DNA of 64,000 bases from Minisyncoccota bacterium (GCA_022841985.1 JALHQL010000004.1:1726-65725); one strand, 5' to 3'. Counted from the first letter of the stretch, positions 49,217 through 60,287 are shown. The notes: a model not told the origin generated them from the letters alone. Program-made: numbers and translations.

Positions 49217-49775
49217 ATACGAAACCCGCGGCATTATACTTTCCCGAACGCCGTCCGGAGAAGCGAATGCATTTGTGACTCTTCTTACCCCGACTCTTGG
49301 GTTGGTTCGTGCTCGTGCGCAGAGCGTGCGTCGTTCTGGCGCCAAACTCTCCGCTGCGCTCGTAACATTTGCCGAAAGTGACTTGGTGCTAGTGCGCGGG
49401 AAAGAAGGGTGGCGCATTGTCGGGGCGGTTCTTTCAGAAAATTGGTTTATGAAAATGGAGCAGACCGCGTCGCGTCGCAGAGCAGCGCGTGTCTCGGGAC
49501 TTCTAGTACGACTAGTAGCAGGGGAAGCGCATGATCCGGAGCTTTTCCCGATCATCAGAAGCTTTTTAGAAGCACTTGTGACGCTGCCCGAAGATACACA
49601 CGAAGCTGTCGAGATGCTTGCTGCGCTTCGTGCGCTTGCAGCGCTCGGGCTTGATTCAGGAGAGATTCCTGGCGAGGTATCTGCGTTTACTGCGCCACTC
49701 CTCACTTCGGTCGAAGCTGAGCGTACAAGTTACGTGGCGCGCATCAATCGCGGTATTACCGCTTCAGGTCTTTGA
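49206..49775 (+). CDS. recO: DNA repair protein RecO (short form)
   Basis: GIIL...GEAN...[13 protein letters not shown]...KL OB-fold pattern. Confidence 0.8.
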   Translation: MRHKYETRGIILSRTPSGEANAFVTLLTPTLGLVRARAQSVRRSGAKLSAALVTFAESDLVLVRGKEGWRIVGAVLSENWFMKMEQTASRRRAARVSGLLVRLVAGEAHDPELFPIIRSFLEALVTLPEDTHEAVEMLAALRALAALGLDSGEIPGEVSAFTAPLLTSVEAERTSYVARINRGITASGL

Positions 49776-49788
49776 TATACTGCATCTG

Positions 49789-51678
49789 ATGCCACAACCC
49801 GTTGAAGACGATACTGGTTTGCTTGAACGAGCGCGCGAGCGCCTTTATATTCCTGGCGTTACGATACATGATGTACGTGCACCGATGGCTGCCTCCGATA
49901 AGCCGTCATTGCCGCACGCGTGGAAAGAAGATTCGATTCCGGATGTACTCCCGCCTCGTAGAGCGCGACAGGTACACGTTGCGGGCATATTTTTCATGGC
50001 CTCCTTCATATTTTTTCTTGTCTCACTTGGTGGCGTCGGCTATTTCTTTTACTATGGCGGTAATTCAGTATCGATAGATAAAATTGCCATTGATATACAG
50101 GGCCCGACGACGATTGCTGGTGGTGATACGGTGCCTCTCTCACTTACCGTTACGAATAAAAATGCAGTCGCAATCGAGAATGTGACCATTGAGATTGATT
50201 TCCCGAGCAGCGCGAGAAGTGCGACTGATGTGTTGAGTCCGTATCCACGCTATGTCGAGACGCTTGGTACTCTGGCGAGCGGCGCGACAATAACACGCTC
50301 GGTGAAAGCCGTCATGTTTGGAGGGGAAGGACAGAGTCTAACGTTGCCTATTTCTCTTTCCTACAGTACGGCCGGTTCCAATGCGGTGTTTGTCAAAAAA
50401 ACTTCCTATATACTCGCGATTTCTTCGACGCCGCTTTCATTATCGGTCGATACACCCACTGAGACCGTGTCAGGAAAGCTAGTCACACTTACGCTCTCAG
50501 TTCGTTCAAATGCAACCACACCACTCTCGGATGTTGTATTGACTCCTTCTTTCCCTTTTGGTTTCTCGATTGCTTCATCTTCAATCCAGATACAGAACTC
50601 AAGTTTTTTTATCGGCACCATGCTGCCGGGCGCGAGCAAGACGATAACGGTTACCGGAAGGCTTGTTGGGCAAGATAAAGAACAGAGAGTCTTTCGTTTT
50701 GCTGTCGGGACCGCGAAAACCACGCAAGATCACACTCTTGGAATCGCGTATGTGACTCAAGAGGCGACGATGACGATTGCTGCACCATTCATCAACACGA
50801 GTATCACGATCAACGGTGATACAAGAGACTCTGCCGTTGTTTCTTCTGGAAGCTCTCAAAATGTCACTGTTTCTTATGTGAATACGCTTCCCACAAGTGT
50901 TACTAATGCAACGATTGAAATTAAGATTTCAGGTCCCGCTGTCGATTATGAAAGCATTCGCACGCAAAGCGGTTTTTACCGTTCTGCCGACCGCACAATA
51001 GTCTTCAGTCGTGACACAGAGTCCACGCTTGCGATGCTTGCACCCGGCGCTTCTGGTACTGGTTCTTTTACATTCTCGACACTGCCACTTGACGCTATTA
51101 TTTCCGCGCCAGTAATCACTTTTACTGCCTCTGTGTCGGGCACTCGTGTGGGACAAAGCAATGTACCGGAACAGGTAAGCGCCTCCGTGATTAAAACCGC
51201 GAAAGTTTCTACCGCAGTCGCACTCTCGGCATTCGCGCTCCATAGTTCGGGGCCTCTGAGTACGAGCGGCCCGATTCCTCCTCGCGTCAATATGCCGACG
51301 ACCTACACTATTGTCTGGAATGTACAAAATAAAGGTAGTGCCATCGCCGACGGCTCTGTGAGTGCGACCTTACCGAGCTATGTTTCTTATACGGATGCGA
51401 CCGCAGGTGTTGGCTCTTTCTCCTACAATAAGGCAGCGCATACCGTCTCATGGAATGTTGGCGATCTTGCACAAGGGGCGTCTGCACAAGGGGTTTTCCA
51501 GGTGTCTCTTACACCCTCGACCTCTCAGAAGGGTACGGCACCTGCTCTCACGGGAGGAGTGTCTTTTTCGGGATACGATCGTTTTGCGGGGATAACGATT
51601 AAGGGGACGGCAGATCCAGCGACAACCGATACGAAAGGAGACCCGGGGTATGTCGGAGCGAACGCAATTGTGCAATAA
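49789..51678 (+). CDS. Membrane-anchored multi-Ig-like surface protein
   Basis: TM helix followed by Ser/Thr-rich beta domains, GPIPP..YTIVW, WNVGDL. Confidence 0.75.
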   Translation: MPQPVEDDTGLLERARERLYIPGVTIHDVRAPMAASDKPSLPHAWKEDSIPDVLPPRRARQVHVAGIFFMASFIFFLVSLGGVGYFFYYGGNSVSIDKIAIDIQGPTTIAGGDTVPLSLTVTNKNAVAIENVTIEIDFPSSARSATDVLSPYPRYVETLGTLASGATITRSVKAVMFGGEGQSLTLPISLSYSTAGSNAVFVKKTSYILAISSTPLSLSVDTPTETVSGKLVTLTLSVRSNATTPLSDVVLTPSFPFGFSIASSSIQIQNSSFFIGTMLPGASKTITVTGRLVGQDKEQRVFRFAVGTAKTTQDHTLGIAYVTQEATMTIAAPFINTSITINGDTRDSAVVSSGSSQNVTVSYVNTLPTSVTNATIEIKISGPAVDYESIRTQSGFYRSADRTIVFSRDTESTLAMLAPGASGTGSFTFSTLPLDAIISAPVITFTASVSGTRVGQSNVPEQVSASVIKTAKVSTAVALSAFALHSSGPLSTSGPIPPRVNMPTTYTIVWNVQNKGSAIADGSVSATLPSYVSYTDATAGVGSFSYNKAAHTVSWNVGDLAQGASAQGVFQVSLTPSTSQKGTAPALTGGVSFSGYDRFAGITIKGTADPATTDTKGDPGYVGANAIVQ

Positions 51679-51682
51679 TGCC

Positions 51683-53014
51683 ATGTCTATGACCGAATTG
51701 AATCTCATGGAAAAGATAATCTCTCTCACGAAGAGGCGAGGCTTTGTGTTCCCTGGCTCAGAGATCTATGGCGGCCTTGCTGGTACGTTTGATTACGGGC
51801 CTCTTGGGGTTGTTCTGAAAGAAAATGTCGAACGTCTCTGGCTCCAGATGTTTCGTGAAGAGCGTGATGATATGTACGGCGTTGACGCCGCAATTCTCAT
51901 GAATCCAAAAATATGGGAAGCAAGCGGTCATGTGGCTGGCTTTTCCGACCCGCTTGTTGAGTGTCAGAAATGCAAGAAGCGTTTCCGCGCGGATCATCTC
52001 GATGGTTCAGGAAAGTGTCCCGAATGCGAAGGGAAATTAGGGGCTATGCGGCAGTTCAACATGATGTTCAAGACGCATGCTGGCGCAAATGAGGATACCT
52101 CATCGGTCGTGTATTTACGTCCGGAGACCGCTGGTGGCATCTTCGCGAATTTTAAGAATGTCGTGGACTCGATACATCCGAAATTGCCGTTTGGCATCGC
52201 ACAGATAGGGAAGGCGTTCCGAAATGAAATTGCTCCTAGAGATTTCATTTTCCGTTTGCGTGAACTGTCGCAAATGGAGGTGGAGTATTTTGTGCATCCG
52301 TCAGCTTGGGAACAGTCATTTGAAGAGTGGCGTAAGACGATGCATCTTTTCGCGAAAGCGGTCGGAATACCAGAGGACTCTGTGCACGAACTTGAAGTCG
52401 CAGATGAAGATCGTGCGCACTACAGCAAGCGCACTATCGACTTCGAATTCGACTATCCCTTCGGCCGCAAGGAGCTTTGGGGTCTCGCATATCGTACCGA
52501 TTTCGATCTCTCTGCCCATGAAAAGAGTTCCAACGTCGAACTCAAGTATCTTGATGAGGTGTCGGGAGAAAAATTTACGCCGCACGTGATCGAGCCGTCT
52601 CTCGGGGTTGATCGCACAATACTTGCCATACTTGCGAGTGCGTACCGCGAAGACGATATGGGAGGCGAAGTGCGGACATATCTCGCACTTGCACCAAAGA
52701 TTGCACCGGTAAAGGCGATGGTCTCGCCACTTCTTAAGAATAAACCTGAACTCATTGCGAAAGCCCGAGAGGTTAGAGCAGAACTTAAGCGAATTCATCC
52801 GGCAATCGCTTGGGATGATAATGGCAACATCGGTAAACGCTATCGCCGTCAAGATGAGATTGGTACGCCGTTTTGCATCACGATCGACTTCGATACGCTC
52901 GGCGAAACGCCAGAGCTCAAAGAGACAGTGACATTGCGTGATCGTGATACAGGGAGGCAGGAGCGTCTCACCGTTCCTGAAGTCGCAGAACGCATCCGCG
53001 CATCCATTCAATAG
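51683..53014 (+). CDS. glyQS: Glycine-tRNA ligase (alpha2 type)
   Basis: SEIYGG, DYGPLG, LRPETA, GKAFRNEI, IEPSLG, IGKRYRRQDEIGTP. Confidence 0.96.
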   Translation: MSMTELNLMEKIISLTKRRGFVFPGSEIYGGLAGTFDYGPLGVVLKENVERLWLQMFREERDDMYGVDAAILMNPKIWEASGHVAGFSDPLVECQKCKKRFRADHLDGSGKCPECEGKLGAMRQFNMMFKTHAGANEDTSSVVYLRPETAGGIFANFKNVVDSIHPKLPFGIAQIGKAFRNEIAPRDFIFRLRELSQMEVEYFVHPSAWEQSFEEWRKTMHLFAKAVGIPEDSVHELEVADEDRAHYSKRTIDFEFDYPFGRKELWGLAYRTDFDLSAHEKSSNVELKYLDEVSGEKFTPHVIEPSLGVDRTILAILASAYREDDMGGEVRTYLALAPKIAPVKAMVSPLLKNKPELIAKAREVRAELKRIHPAIAWDDNGNIGKRYRRQDEIGTPFCITIDFDTLGETPELKETVTLRDRDTGRQERLTVPEVAERIRASIQ

Positions 53015-53038
53015 GAGAGTTCATGCTAGAATGTTCGT

Positions 53039-54103
53039 ATGGGAAAAGAGACACGAATTTCCATCTCAGTAGGTACGGTTATTACGACGCTTCTGATTAT
53101 GGCGGGGGCGTATGTGCTCTGGCTTTTGCGGGATCTCGTGCTTCTCGTTCTTACGGCCATAATTATTGCATCAGCAATTGAGCCGCAAATCGCATTCCTC
53201 ATCAGGCTGAGTATACCGCGCTTCATGGCGGCGCTACTCGTCTACGCGGCCGTGTTCGGTTTTACATTTTCGCTTCTCTTTTTCTTCTTTCCACCGATCA
53301 TTGCTGATGCTACGAATTTCTTCTCGGCGATGCCGAGGTATCTCGATACGATAAATGTGCCTTCGTCGTTCCCAAGTATTTCAAGTGCGGCAAATTTTTC
53401 GGTTGAACAGCACGGTCTGCAATCTTTTGTAGAGACACTTCTTTCGTTTCAGTCAGTCTTTACTGCCGGTTCAGAAGGAGTGCTGCAAATTCTCGTGACG
53501 TTTTTCGGAGGCGTCTTTTCGCTTGCGTTAGTGATCGTTCTCTCATTTTACTTTGCGCTTCAGTCCACCGGAGTCAATGATTTCCTTCGTATGGTGATGC
53601 CAGTCAGATATGAGGAGTATTCTATTGACCTATGGAAGCGTTCCCAGAAGAAGATCGCGCTTTGGATGCAGGGCCAAATACTTCTTTCCGTCATTGTGGG
53701 TATTCTTGTGTATCTCGGACTCCTTATCATCGGTATACCATACGCACTTCTCATTGCAGTGTTTACGGCCTTGATGGAAATTATCCCGGTGTTCGGATCT
53801 CTCATAGCAGGAACGGTGGCCGTCATTGTCGGATTTTCGGAGGGCGGCGTTTCTCTTGCGACAATCGTGCTAGGTCTCTATATTGTTGTGAATCAATTTG
53901 AATCAAATCTCATTTATCCGCTTATCGTGAAAAAAATTATTGGCATCCCGCCACTCTTGGTCATTGTGGCTCTTATAGCAGGATACACGCTCGCTGGTTT
54001 TCTTGGAGTATTGCTGTCGGTACCTCTTGCGGCGGTCGCATTGGAGTTCATCTCGGATTTCGATAAGAAGAAACGCAATCTATCCGTACAATCGGTAGAT
54101 TGA
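53039..54103 (+). CDS. AI-2E family transporter
   Basis: GQ..LS, IPVFG, QFESNLIYP, G..GVLLSVP. Confidence 0.9.
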   Translation: MGKETRISISVGTVITTLLIMAGAYVLWLLRDLVLLVLTAIIIASAIEPQIAFLIRLSIPRFMAALLVYAAVFGFTFSLLFFFFPPIIADATNFFSAMPRYLDTINVPSSFPSISSAANFSVEQHGLQSFVETLLSFQSVFTAGSEGVLQILVTFFGGVFSLALVIVLSFYFALQSTGVNDFLRMVMPVRYEEYSIDLWKRSQKKIALWMQGQILLSVIVGILVYLGLLIIGIPYALLIAVFTALMEIIPVFGSLIAGTVAVIVGFSEGGVSLATIVLGLYIVVNQFESNLIYPLIVKKIIGIPPLLVIVALIAGYTLAGFLGVLLSVPLAAVALEFISDFDKKKRNLSVQSVD

Positions 54104-54106
54104 AAT

Positions 54107-55540
54107 ATGAGTGCGCGCTACATTACCACCACGTTACCCTATGTGAATGCGGATCCGCACCTGGGTCATGCGCTCGAATTTGTAGAGGCAGACTTTCTTG
54201 CTCGCACATTGCGCGTACAGAATACTGAAGTTTTTTTTAACATCGGCACCGACGAGCATGGCGCTAAAGTCGCGCAGAAAGCAAAGGAAGAAGGGAAGGA
54301 TCCTCACGCATATGTTGATGAGTACGCCAAGCGTTTCAAGGCTTTTGCTGATCAGTTGGATATTTCTTACGACTCATTTATTCGCACTACTGACCCCGTA
54401 CATATTGCTGCAGCTCAGGCGTTCTGGGCGCGCTGTTTCGATGCTGGCGATATTTACAAAGCTTCCTATAAGGTGAAGTATTGTACCGGCTGTGAGCTTG
54501 AAAAAACCGATTCAGAACTTACTCAGGGTCGCTGTTTACTACATCCGAATCTAAATATAGAGTCGCGTGAAGAGGAAAATTACTATTTCAGATTTTCAAA
54601 GTATCAAGAGGCGCTGCTTGCGCACTATGCGAAACAGCAGGATTTTGTGATGCCCGAAGAGCGCATGCGAGAGCTCACGTCTTTTGTTACTGCAGGGCTG
54701 AAGGATTTCAGCGTTTCTCGCCGGAGAGAAAAACTCGCGTGGGGTGTGCCTGTGCCAAATGATCCGGAGCAAGTCATGTATGTCTGGTTTGATGCGCTAG
54801 TGAACTATGTTTCAGCAATTGGCTGGCCACAGAATGAGCAACGTTTTTTGAAATGGTGGCCAGTTACGCAGCTTGCAGGGAAGGATAACTTGCGCCAGCA
54901 GGCGGCAATGTGGCAGGCGATGCTGCTGTCGGCAGGATTCCCGTTCTCGCGAAATATATTCATACACGGATTCATTACCTCAGGCGGCCAGAAGATGAGT
55001 AAGTCATTGGGGAATGTCATACATCCGCTCGAACTTGTAGAAAAGTATGGAGTCGATGCTGTCCGGTACGTTCTTTTGCGGCATGTGAGCCATGTCGAGG
55101 ATTCAGATCTTACTCTTACCGCAATCCACGAACACTATACTGCTCATCTCGCCAATGGTCTGGGGAATCTTGTCGCGCGCGTGATGACACTCGCTGAACA
55201 GCATTTTCCTGCTCCTATTGAACTCGGACCGGAGGAGGCGTCAATAGAACCATTATTTCTAGAAAAGATAGAGGAATTTCGTTTCAATGAAGCAATGGAT
55301 ATTATATTCGAGCATGTGAACAAGGGAGATGTGTATATGACCGAGCGAACCCCTTACAAAAAAATAAAAAGTGAAAATAAGAGTGAACAAGAAGAGGCAA
55401 AAAAAGATATAGAAAAACTGGTCCGACATCTTGCAAAAATAGCGGTACATCTCACCTTCGCAATGCCAAGTACTGCGGACAGTATTCTTAATGCTGTTCG
55501 TTCAAATAAAAAACCAACCAATCTTTTCCCGCGCATATGA
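54107..55540 (+). CDS. metG: Methionine-tRNA ligase
   Basis: YVNADPHLGH, GTDEHG, YVWFDAL, KMSKS. Confidence 0.96.
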   Translation: MSARYITTTLPYVNADPHLGHALEFVEADFLARTLRVQNTEVFFNIGTDEHGAKVAQKAKEEGKDPHAYVDEYAKRFKAFADQLDISYDSFIRTTDPVHIAAAQAFWARCFDAGDIYKASYKVKYCTGCELEKTDSELTQGRCLLHPNLNIESREEENYYFRFSKYQEALLAHYAKQQDFVMPEERMRELTSFVTAGLKDFSVSRRREKLAWGVPVPNDPEQVMYVWFDALVNYVSAIGWPQNEQRFLKWWPVTQLAGKDNLRQQAAMWQAMLLSAGFPFSRNIFIHGFITSGGQKMSKSLGNVIHPLELVEKYGVDAVRYVLLRHVSHVEDSDLTLTAIHEHYTAHLANGLGNLVARVMTLAEQHFPAPIELGPEEASIEPLFLEKIEEFRFNEAMDIIFEHVNKGDVYMTERTPYKKIKSENKSEQEEAKKDIEKLVRHLAKIAVHLTFAMPSTADSILNAVRSNKKPTNLFPRI

Positions 55541-56337
55541 GTATGCGATGTTTTGATGTGCACTGTCACATACAGTTCGATCAGTACGCGCACGATGCGG
55601 ACGAGCTTATCGTGAAGATGGGTAGTGATGGTGTCGGAGGCATTGTGGTTGGTGTCGACGAAAAATCTTCAAAGAAGGCATTGGCTCTGGCGGAAAAATA
55701 TGGGCATATATACGCCTCTGTCGGCTTGCATCCGAACCATGCTCCAGATGAAGTATTTGATGCGGAGACATACCGCTCACTTGCAAGTCATCCAAAAGTC
55801 GTTGCGCTCGGGGAGTGCGGGCTCGATTTCTTTCGTCCTGTCGAAATAAATGAGGAAGTGAAGCGTATGCAGAAGGAGACTTTCAAAAAACATATTAAGC
55901 TCGCGGCGGAACTTGATAAGCCACTTATCATTCATGCACGTCCGAGCAAAGGAACGCAGGATGCATACCATGACGTAATCGAGCTACTGGAAGAAGCTAA
56001 GGTGGTATACCCGAAGTTGCGCGGCGATATTCATTTCTTCGTTGGCGGTATTGCTGAGGCTAAAGCATTTATCGCACTCGATTTCACCATTTCTTTCACC
56101 GCGGTCATTACATTTGCTCGTGACTATGATGAAGTCATAAAAAAAGTCCCTTTAACAAGTATTCTGTCGGAGACAGATGCACCCTATCTTGCTCCCGCCT
56201 CGAGGCGTGGACAGCGTAATGATCCACTCGCAATTCATGAGATTATCGCTAAAATTGCAGAAATTAGAGGCGAAAACCTCGAAAACGTCCGCACGGTGCT
56301 TTTTTCGAGCGCACAGCATCTGTTCAGGCTTCACTAA
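55537..56337 (+). CDS. TatD family hydrolase
   Basis: DVHCH, GLHP, GECGLD, IH, ETDAPY. Confidence 0.94.
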   Translation: MSMRCFDVHCHIQFDQYAHDADELIVKMGSDGVGGIVVGVDEKSSKKALALAEKYGHIYASVGLHPNHAPDEVFDAETYRSLASHPKVVALGECGLDFFRPVEINEEVKRMQKETFKKHIKLAAELDKPLIIHARPSKGTQDAYHDVIELLEEAKVVYPKLRGDIHFFVGGIAEAKAFIALDFTISFTAVITFARDYDEVIKKVPLTSILSETDAPYLAPASRRGQRNDPLAIHEIIAKIAEIRGENLENVRTVLFSSAQHLFRLH

Positions 56338-56398
56338 TGATGATGCCATACGCCGCGCTCTTGCGGCCACAAAAAACTCGTGCTAGGATGCCGCTATT

Positions 56399-56890
56399 AT
56401 GGCTAAAAATCAGGACGAGAAGAGACACGCCCGAGAGACTCTTGAAAGCGAGGGTTCGGAATCGCGCGTCTACGAGCTTGGTTTTCATCTCGATCCCGAG
56501 CTGCCTATCGAGGAAGTAAAAAAGGCCTTTCAAGCGATGAAGAGTGTCATTACAGAGAAGGGGACACTTGTCGCCGAAAGCGAGCCCGTCAAGATTCAGC
56601 TCGCCTACACTATTTCTCGTCAGGAAGTTTCGGGTCGTCGCGACTTCGATTCCGCCTATTTCTCTTGGATCGTGTATGAAGTTTCGGCAGAGGATCATGC
56701 TGAGATAGTAAAGACCGCAAGTACTGATAAGCGCATTGTTCGCTTTATCGATCTCTGCACGACGAAAGACGCCGCTCGTCACTCTGTTGAGTTGCGCGAA
56801 CTCTCCCTGAAGACTCCGACGACGCGAGAGGAGCAAGAAGCGGCCATTGGCGCAGAGCTCGATATCGCACTTGAGAGTGCCACGATATAA
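56399..56890 (+). CDS. rpsF: 30S ribosomal protein S6
   Basis: RVYELGF, LAYTI, IVRF; rpsF-ssb-rpsR synteny. Confidence 0.88.
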   Translation: MAKNQDEKRHARETLESEGSESRVYELGFHLDPELPIEEVKKAFQAMKSVITEKGTLVAESEPVKIQLAYTISRQEVSGRRDFDSAYFSWIVYEVSAEDHAEIVKTASTDKRIVRFIDLCTTKDAARHSVELRELSLKTPTTREEQEAAIGAELDIALESATI

Positions 56891-56893
56891 GAT

Positions 56894-57340
56894 ATGTATC
56901 TCAACAAAGTACTTCTCTATGGAAATCTCACCCGTGACCCAGAGCTGAAAGCTCTTCCGTCTGGGAGCCAGGTTGCGAATTTCGGTCTTGCAACAAATCG
57001 CACCTATAAGGATAAGAATGGCGCAAAACAAGAGGCCACAGAGTTTCATAATATCGTCGCATTCGGCCGTACGGCAGAAGTAATCGCGCAATACTGTAAG
57101 AAAGGGCGCCCAATTTTTGTCGAAGGACGTCTTCAGACGCGTTCATGGGACGATAAAGAAAACGGCAAGAAAAATTATCGTACCGAGATCATTGTTGATA
57201 CATTCCAGTTTGGTGCTGATGGGGGTAAGGGTGGTACTTCTAGTGCAAATAGTGCTGCCGGAGAGCAGCCAGCATCAAGCGATGGGGAAGCAATTAAGTA
57301 TCCGGACGAAGAGATTAATCCGGAAGACATTCCGTTTTAA
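56894..57340 (+). CDS. ssb: Single-stranded DNA-binding protein
   Basis: NKVLLYGNLTRDPE, EGRLQTRSW, C-terminal DIPF. Confidence 0.97.
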   Translation: MYLNKVLLYGNLTRDPELKALPSGSQVANFGLATNRTYKDKNGAKQEATEFHNIVAFGRTAEVIAQYCKKGRPIFVEGRLQTRSWDDKENGKKNYRTEIIVDTFQFGADGGKGGTSSANSAAGEQPASSDGEAIKYPDEEINPEDIPF

Positions 57341-57349
57341 ATTAATTTT

Positions 57350-57556
57350 ATGGCATACCAATCACAGCGCGAAGAAATAGAGCTTAAAAAGTTTATCGAC
57401 TACAAAGATGTGGCGTATTTGAAATTGTTTACTAATCCGCATGCGAAGATACTTGCAAAAAAGCGCACTGGCATTCCCGCAGGAAAGCAGCGCGATATTG
57501 CGCAGGCTATCAAGCACGCGCGCTACATGGCGCTTCTTCCCTACGTCGCGGCATAA
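57350..57556 (+). CDS. rpsR: 30S ribosomal protein S18
   Basis: IDYKD, RTG, QR..AQAIKHARYMALLPY. Confidence 0.95.
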   Translation: MAYQSQREEIELKKFIDYKDVAYLKLFTNPHAKILAKKRTGIPAGKQRDIAQAIKHARYMALLPYVAA

Positions 57557-57564
57557 AAAACAGA

Positions 57565-57617
57565 ACATCGAGCACACAAAAAAGCCGCTTCAAGCGGCTT
57601 TTTTGTGTGCTCGATGT
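57565..57617. terminator. Bidirectional terminator, long perfect palindrome
   Basis: 26-bp perfect arms between convergent rpsR and efp. Confidence 0.85.
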
Positions 57618-58193
57618 CTATGCCTTCTCGACCCGCTCGGTGTAGTCGCCTGAGTCGGTGTTAATGCGGATAATGTCCCCTGTATTTATGAAGAGCGGAA
57701 CATTCACTTTTGCACCCGTGGAGAGTATGGCAAGTTTGTTGCCGCCCGAAACCGTGTTGCCCTTCACTGCGGGCGGAGCATCTTTTACTTGAAGTTCAAC
57801 TTTCACTGGTATCTTCACTGTCATCGGTTTGTCTTCATAGGTCAGTATTTCGACTAAAGCATTCGGCATGAGCCACTGCACTTTGTCGTACACAGAATCT
57901 GCAGGGAATGAAAAGCGATTTTTTGGATTACCTTCTTCTGCAAACCAACTCTCATTTTTGTTCGAGTAAAGATACTGCGCCTGCATCTTTCCAATGTCTG
58001 CTTCGGTTACGGTCTCGTTCTGATGAAAGGATATCTCAGTAACCTTTCCGGAAATGAGGTGGCGGAGCTTCGTTTGATTCACCGGCTTACGTTGCTGCAT
58101 GCGGAAGATGTGTGCCGAGAGCACTTCATAGGGCTCATTATTGTAGTTAATGATGCTTCCTTTGAGAATGTCATTATATGAGAGTACGGACAT
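57618..58193 (-). CDS. efp: Elongation factor P
   Basis: KGNTVSGG.K, TG..VNVPLFINTGD.IRINT..G.Y.ER. Confidence 0.93.
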   Translation of the reverse strand: MSVLSYNDILKGSIINYNNEPYEVLSAHIFRMQQRKPVNQTKLRHLISGKVTEISFHQNETVTEADIGKMQAQYLYSNKNESWFAEEGNPKNRFSFPADSVYDKVQWLMPNALVEILTYEDKPMTVKIPVKVELQVKDAPPAVKGNTVSGGNKLAILSTGAKVNVPLFINTGDIIRINTDSGDYTERVEKA

Positions 58194-58271
58194 ATTTTTG
58201 AAACTAATAGGTAATAAGGTTTGTTATAAAAAGTACCGCTTTTGGCGGATAAGCGTATGATACAGGGCATC

Positions 58272-58853
58272 ATGAGTTTTTCAACTACTGAGGATCTGAG
58301 CACACTTTCTGATGCGGAAATACTTGCGCGTTCGCACAAGGAGTCCGAGTTTTTCGCTATTCTCGTCCGTCGTTATGAAGCGGCACTCTTGCGACGAGCC
58401 CGGATGATTTTGAAGTCCCCTGAGGATGCGGAAGAAGCAGTACAGGACGCTTTTACGAAAATGTATCTGTATGCGGATAAGTACCATCCGCAGGAGGGTG
58501 CGACCTTCTCCTCGTGGGCGTACACTATCCTCAATCGCGTTGCGTACACGAAATATCGCGCGAAGATGACTGAGTTCGGGAAGCGTGCCGAGCTCTTACC
58601 CGAGCATTACGAGTCGTTGCCAGACACACGATCCGAATTTCTCGAAGACTTGTCGCTTCGGAGCGAGGTTCTCGCGGCACTCTCGAAGATTCCTGAAGCC
58701 GCAGCAAAAATTTTACGATTGCAGTTTATCGAAGGGAAGACTCAGGAAGAGATTGCCGAATCGGAACATCTCTCGATTCCTGCCGTTAAAACGCGTGTTC
58801 ACCGCGCTAAAAAACTTTTCAAGCAAACTTATGACAAACAACACTATGAATAA
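58272..58853 (+). CDS. ECF-type RNA polymerase sigma factor
   Basis: DAEEAVQDAF, FSSWAYTI, EEIAE, VKTRVHRAKK. Confidence 0.92.
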   Translation: MSFSTTEDLSTLSDAEILARSHKESEFFAILVRRYEAALLRRARMILKSPEDAEEAVQDAFTKMYLYADKYHPQEGATFSSWAYTILNRVAYTKYRAKMTEFGKRAELLPEHYESLPDTRSEFLEDLSLRSEVLAALSKIPEAAAKILRLQFIEGKTQEEIAESEHLSIPAVKTRVHRAKKLFKQTYDKQHYE

Positions 58854-59172
58854 TCCATCTGACATGGAGCGCGTCGTTATGCGTCGCGTACGCATTATCC
58901 GCATATTGGGTTTCATCATTTCGACGACGGTTCTCGCGGTACTAACGCTTGTTGCGACTCTCTGGGGTATCGGCAGGGAAGTCTGGGTCGCTCGCGTTTT
59001 CCAAAATGCTCCTGCTGACATCTTGCATCTCCCAAATTTCTTCGTCGCGGCATTCACACACACGCGCTTTATCGTTCAGGCTCTGGCGGTCTTGACCTTC
59101 GTTTCTCTCGTCTTTCTTATTCGCGAGATGCTACGTTTAGCAGCAAGTGTTTTCTTCCATAAGGCTGCTTAA
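58846..59172 (+). CDS. Small membrane protein, putative anti-sigma factor
   Basis: Overlaps the sigma factor stop; two TM helices. Confidence 0.55.
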   Translation: MNNPSDMERVVMRRVRIIRILGFIISTTVLAVLTLVATLWGIGREVWVARVFQNAPADILHLPNFFVAAFTHTRFIVQALAVLTFVSLVFLIREMLRLAASVFFHKAA

Positions 59173-59216
59173 TGATAGAGGAGTTTCGTACTTCAAAGTC
59201 AGGTAGAGACGATAGA

Positions 59217-60263
59217 TTATACTTCTTCTAGTTTTTCTTGGATTTGTTTAAGAAGATCCTTTGCAATAGGTTTATTTTCGCGTAGATAGACTCGCGTTGC
59301 ATCGTAACCGACGCCGAGTTTAGTATCGCCCATCTTGTAGGTGGCGCCGGACTTCGTTACAAGGTCAAATTTCTCTCCGAGTGCGACAAGCTCTCCTTCG
59401 CGGCTGATACCTTCATTATAGAGAAGGTCAAATTCGGTGGTCTTAAAGGGTGCGGCAACTTTATTTTTCACTACCTTCACGCGTACGCGACCACCCACCA
59501 CTTCCTCACCTTTCTTTATTGACGCAATACGGCGAATGTCGAGACGCACCGAGGTATAAAACTTGAGCGCTTTGCCGCCTGGCGTTGTTTCCGGGTTGCC
59601 GAACATGACACCTATCTGCATACGGATCTGATTAATAAAGATGACGATGGTTTTACTGCGTGCGGCGATGGCAGTAAGCTTGCGGAGCGCTTGGCTCATA
59701 AGTCGAGCTTGTTTGCCCATATGTTGCTGGCCCATCTCGCCCTCGATTTCATCTTTGGGCGTGAGTGCGGCGACAGAGTCGACGACAATCACATCGACAT
59801 TTCCACTCCTGACAAGACTCTCGACGATATCGAGCGCCTGCTCGCCAGTATCTGGCTGTGAAATAAGGAGTTCAGGGAGCTTCACACCGATGCGGTGCGC
59901 GTATTCCGGATCGAGAGCGTGTTCGGCGTCGATAAATGCTGCAATGCCGCCCGCTTTTTGCGCCTCGGCGATAACATGGAGCGCGAGCGTTGTTTTTCCG
60001 GAGGATTCCGGCCCGAATATCTCGATGATGCGTCCGCGAGGGAGCCCACCTACGCCGAGAATTGCATCAAGACCGATAGAGCCCGTCGATACTGCGGGTA
60101 TCTTTTGCGGTGTGCCGGTACCGTAGGTCGTGATAGATTCATCTCCAAACTTCGTACGGATTTCTTTTAGTGCTTGATCGATTGATTTTTGTTTCTCACT
60201 CTTGTCGGCGCTTGCCGCGGTAACAGTTTTGAGCACTTTCTCTTTTGCTTTTTTAAAAGCCAT
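59217..60263 (-). CDS. recA: Recombinase RecA
   Basis: [39 protein letters not shown]. Confidence 0.99.
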   Translation of the reverse strand: MAFKKAKEKVLKTVTAASADKSEKQKSIDQALKEIRTKFGDESITTYGTGTPQKIPAVSTGSIGLDAILGVGGLPRGRIIEIFGPESSGKTTLALHVIAEAQKAGGIAAFIDAEHALDPEYAHRIGVKLPELLISQPDTGEQALDIVESLVRSGNVDVIVVDSVAALTPKDEIEGEMGQQHMGKQARLMSQALRKLTAIAARSKTIVIFINQIRMQIGVMFGNPETTPGGKALKFYTSVRLDIRRIASIKKGEEVVGGRVRVKVVKNKVAAPFKTTEFDLLYNEGISREGELVALGEKFDLVTKSGATYKMGDTKLGVGYDATRVYLRENKPIAKDLLKQIQEKLEEV

Positions 60264-60287
60264 AAAATTGTATTTAGTAGGGGACAG

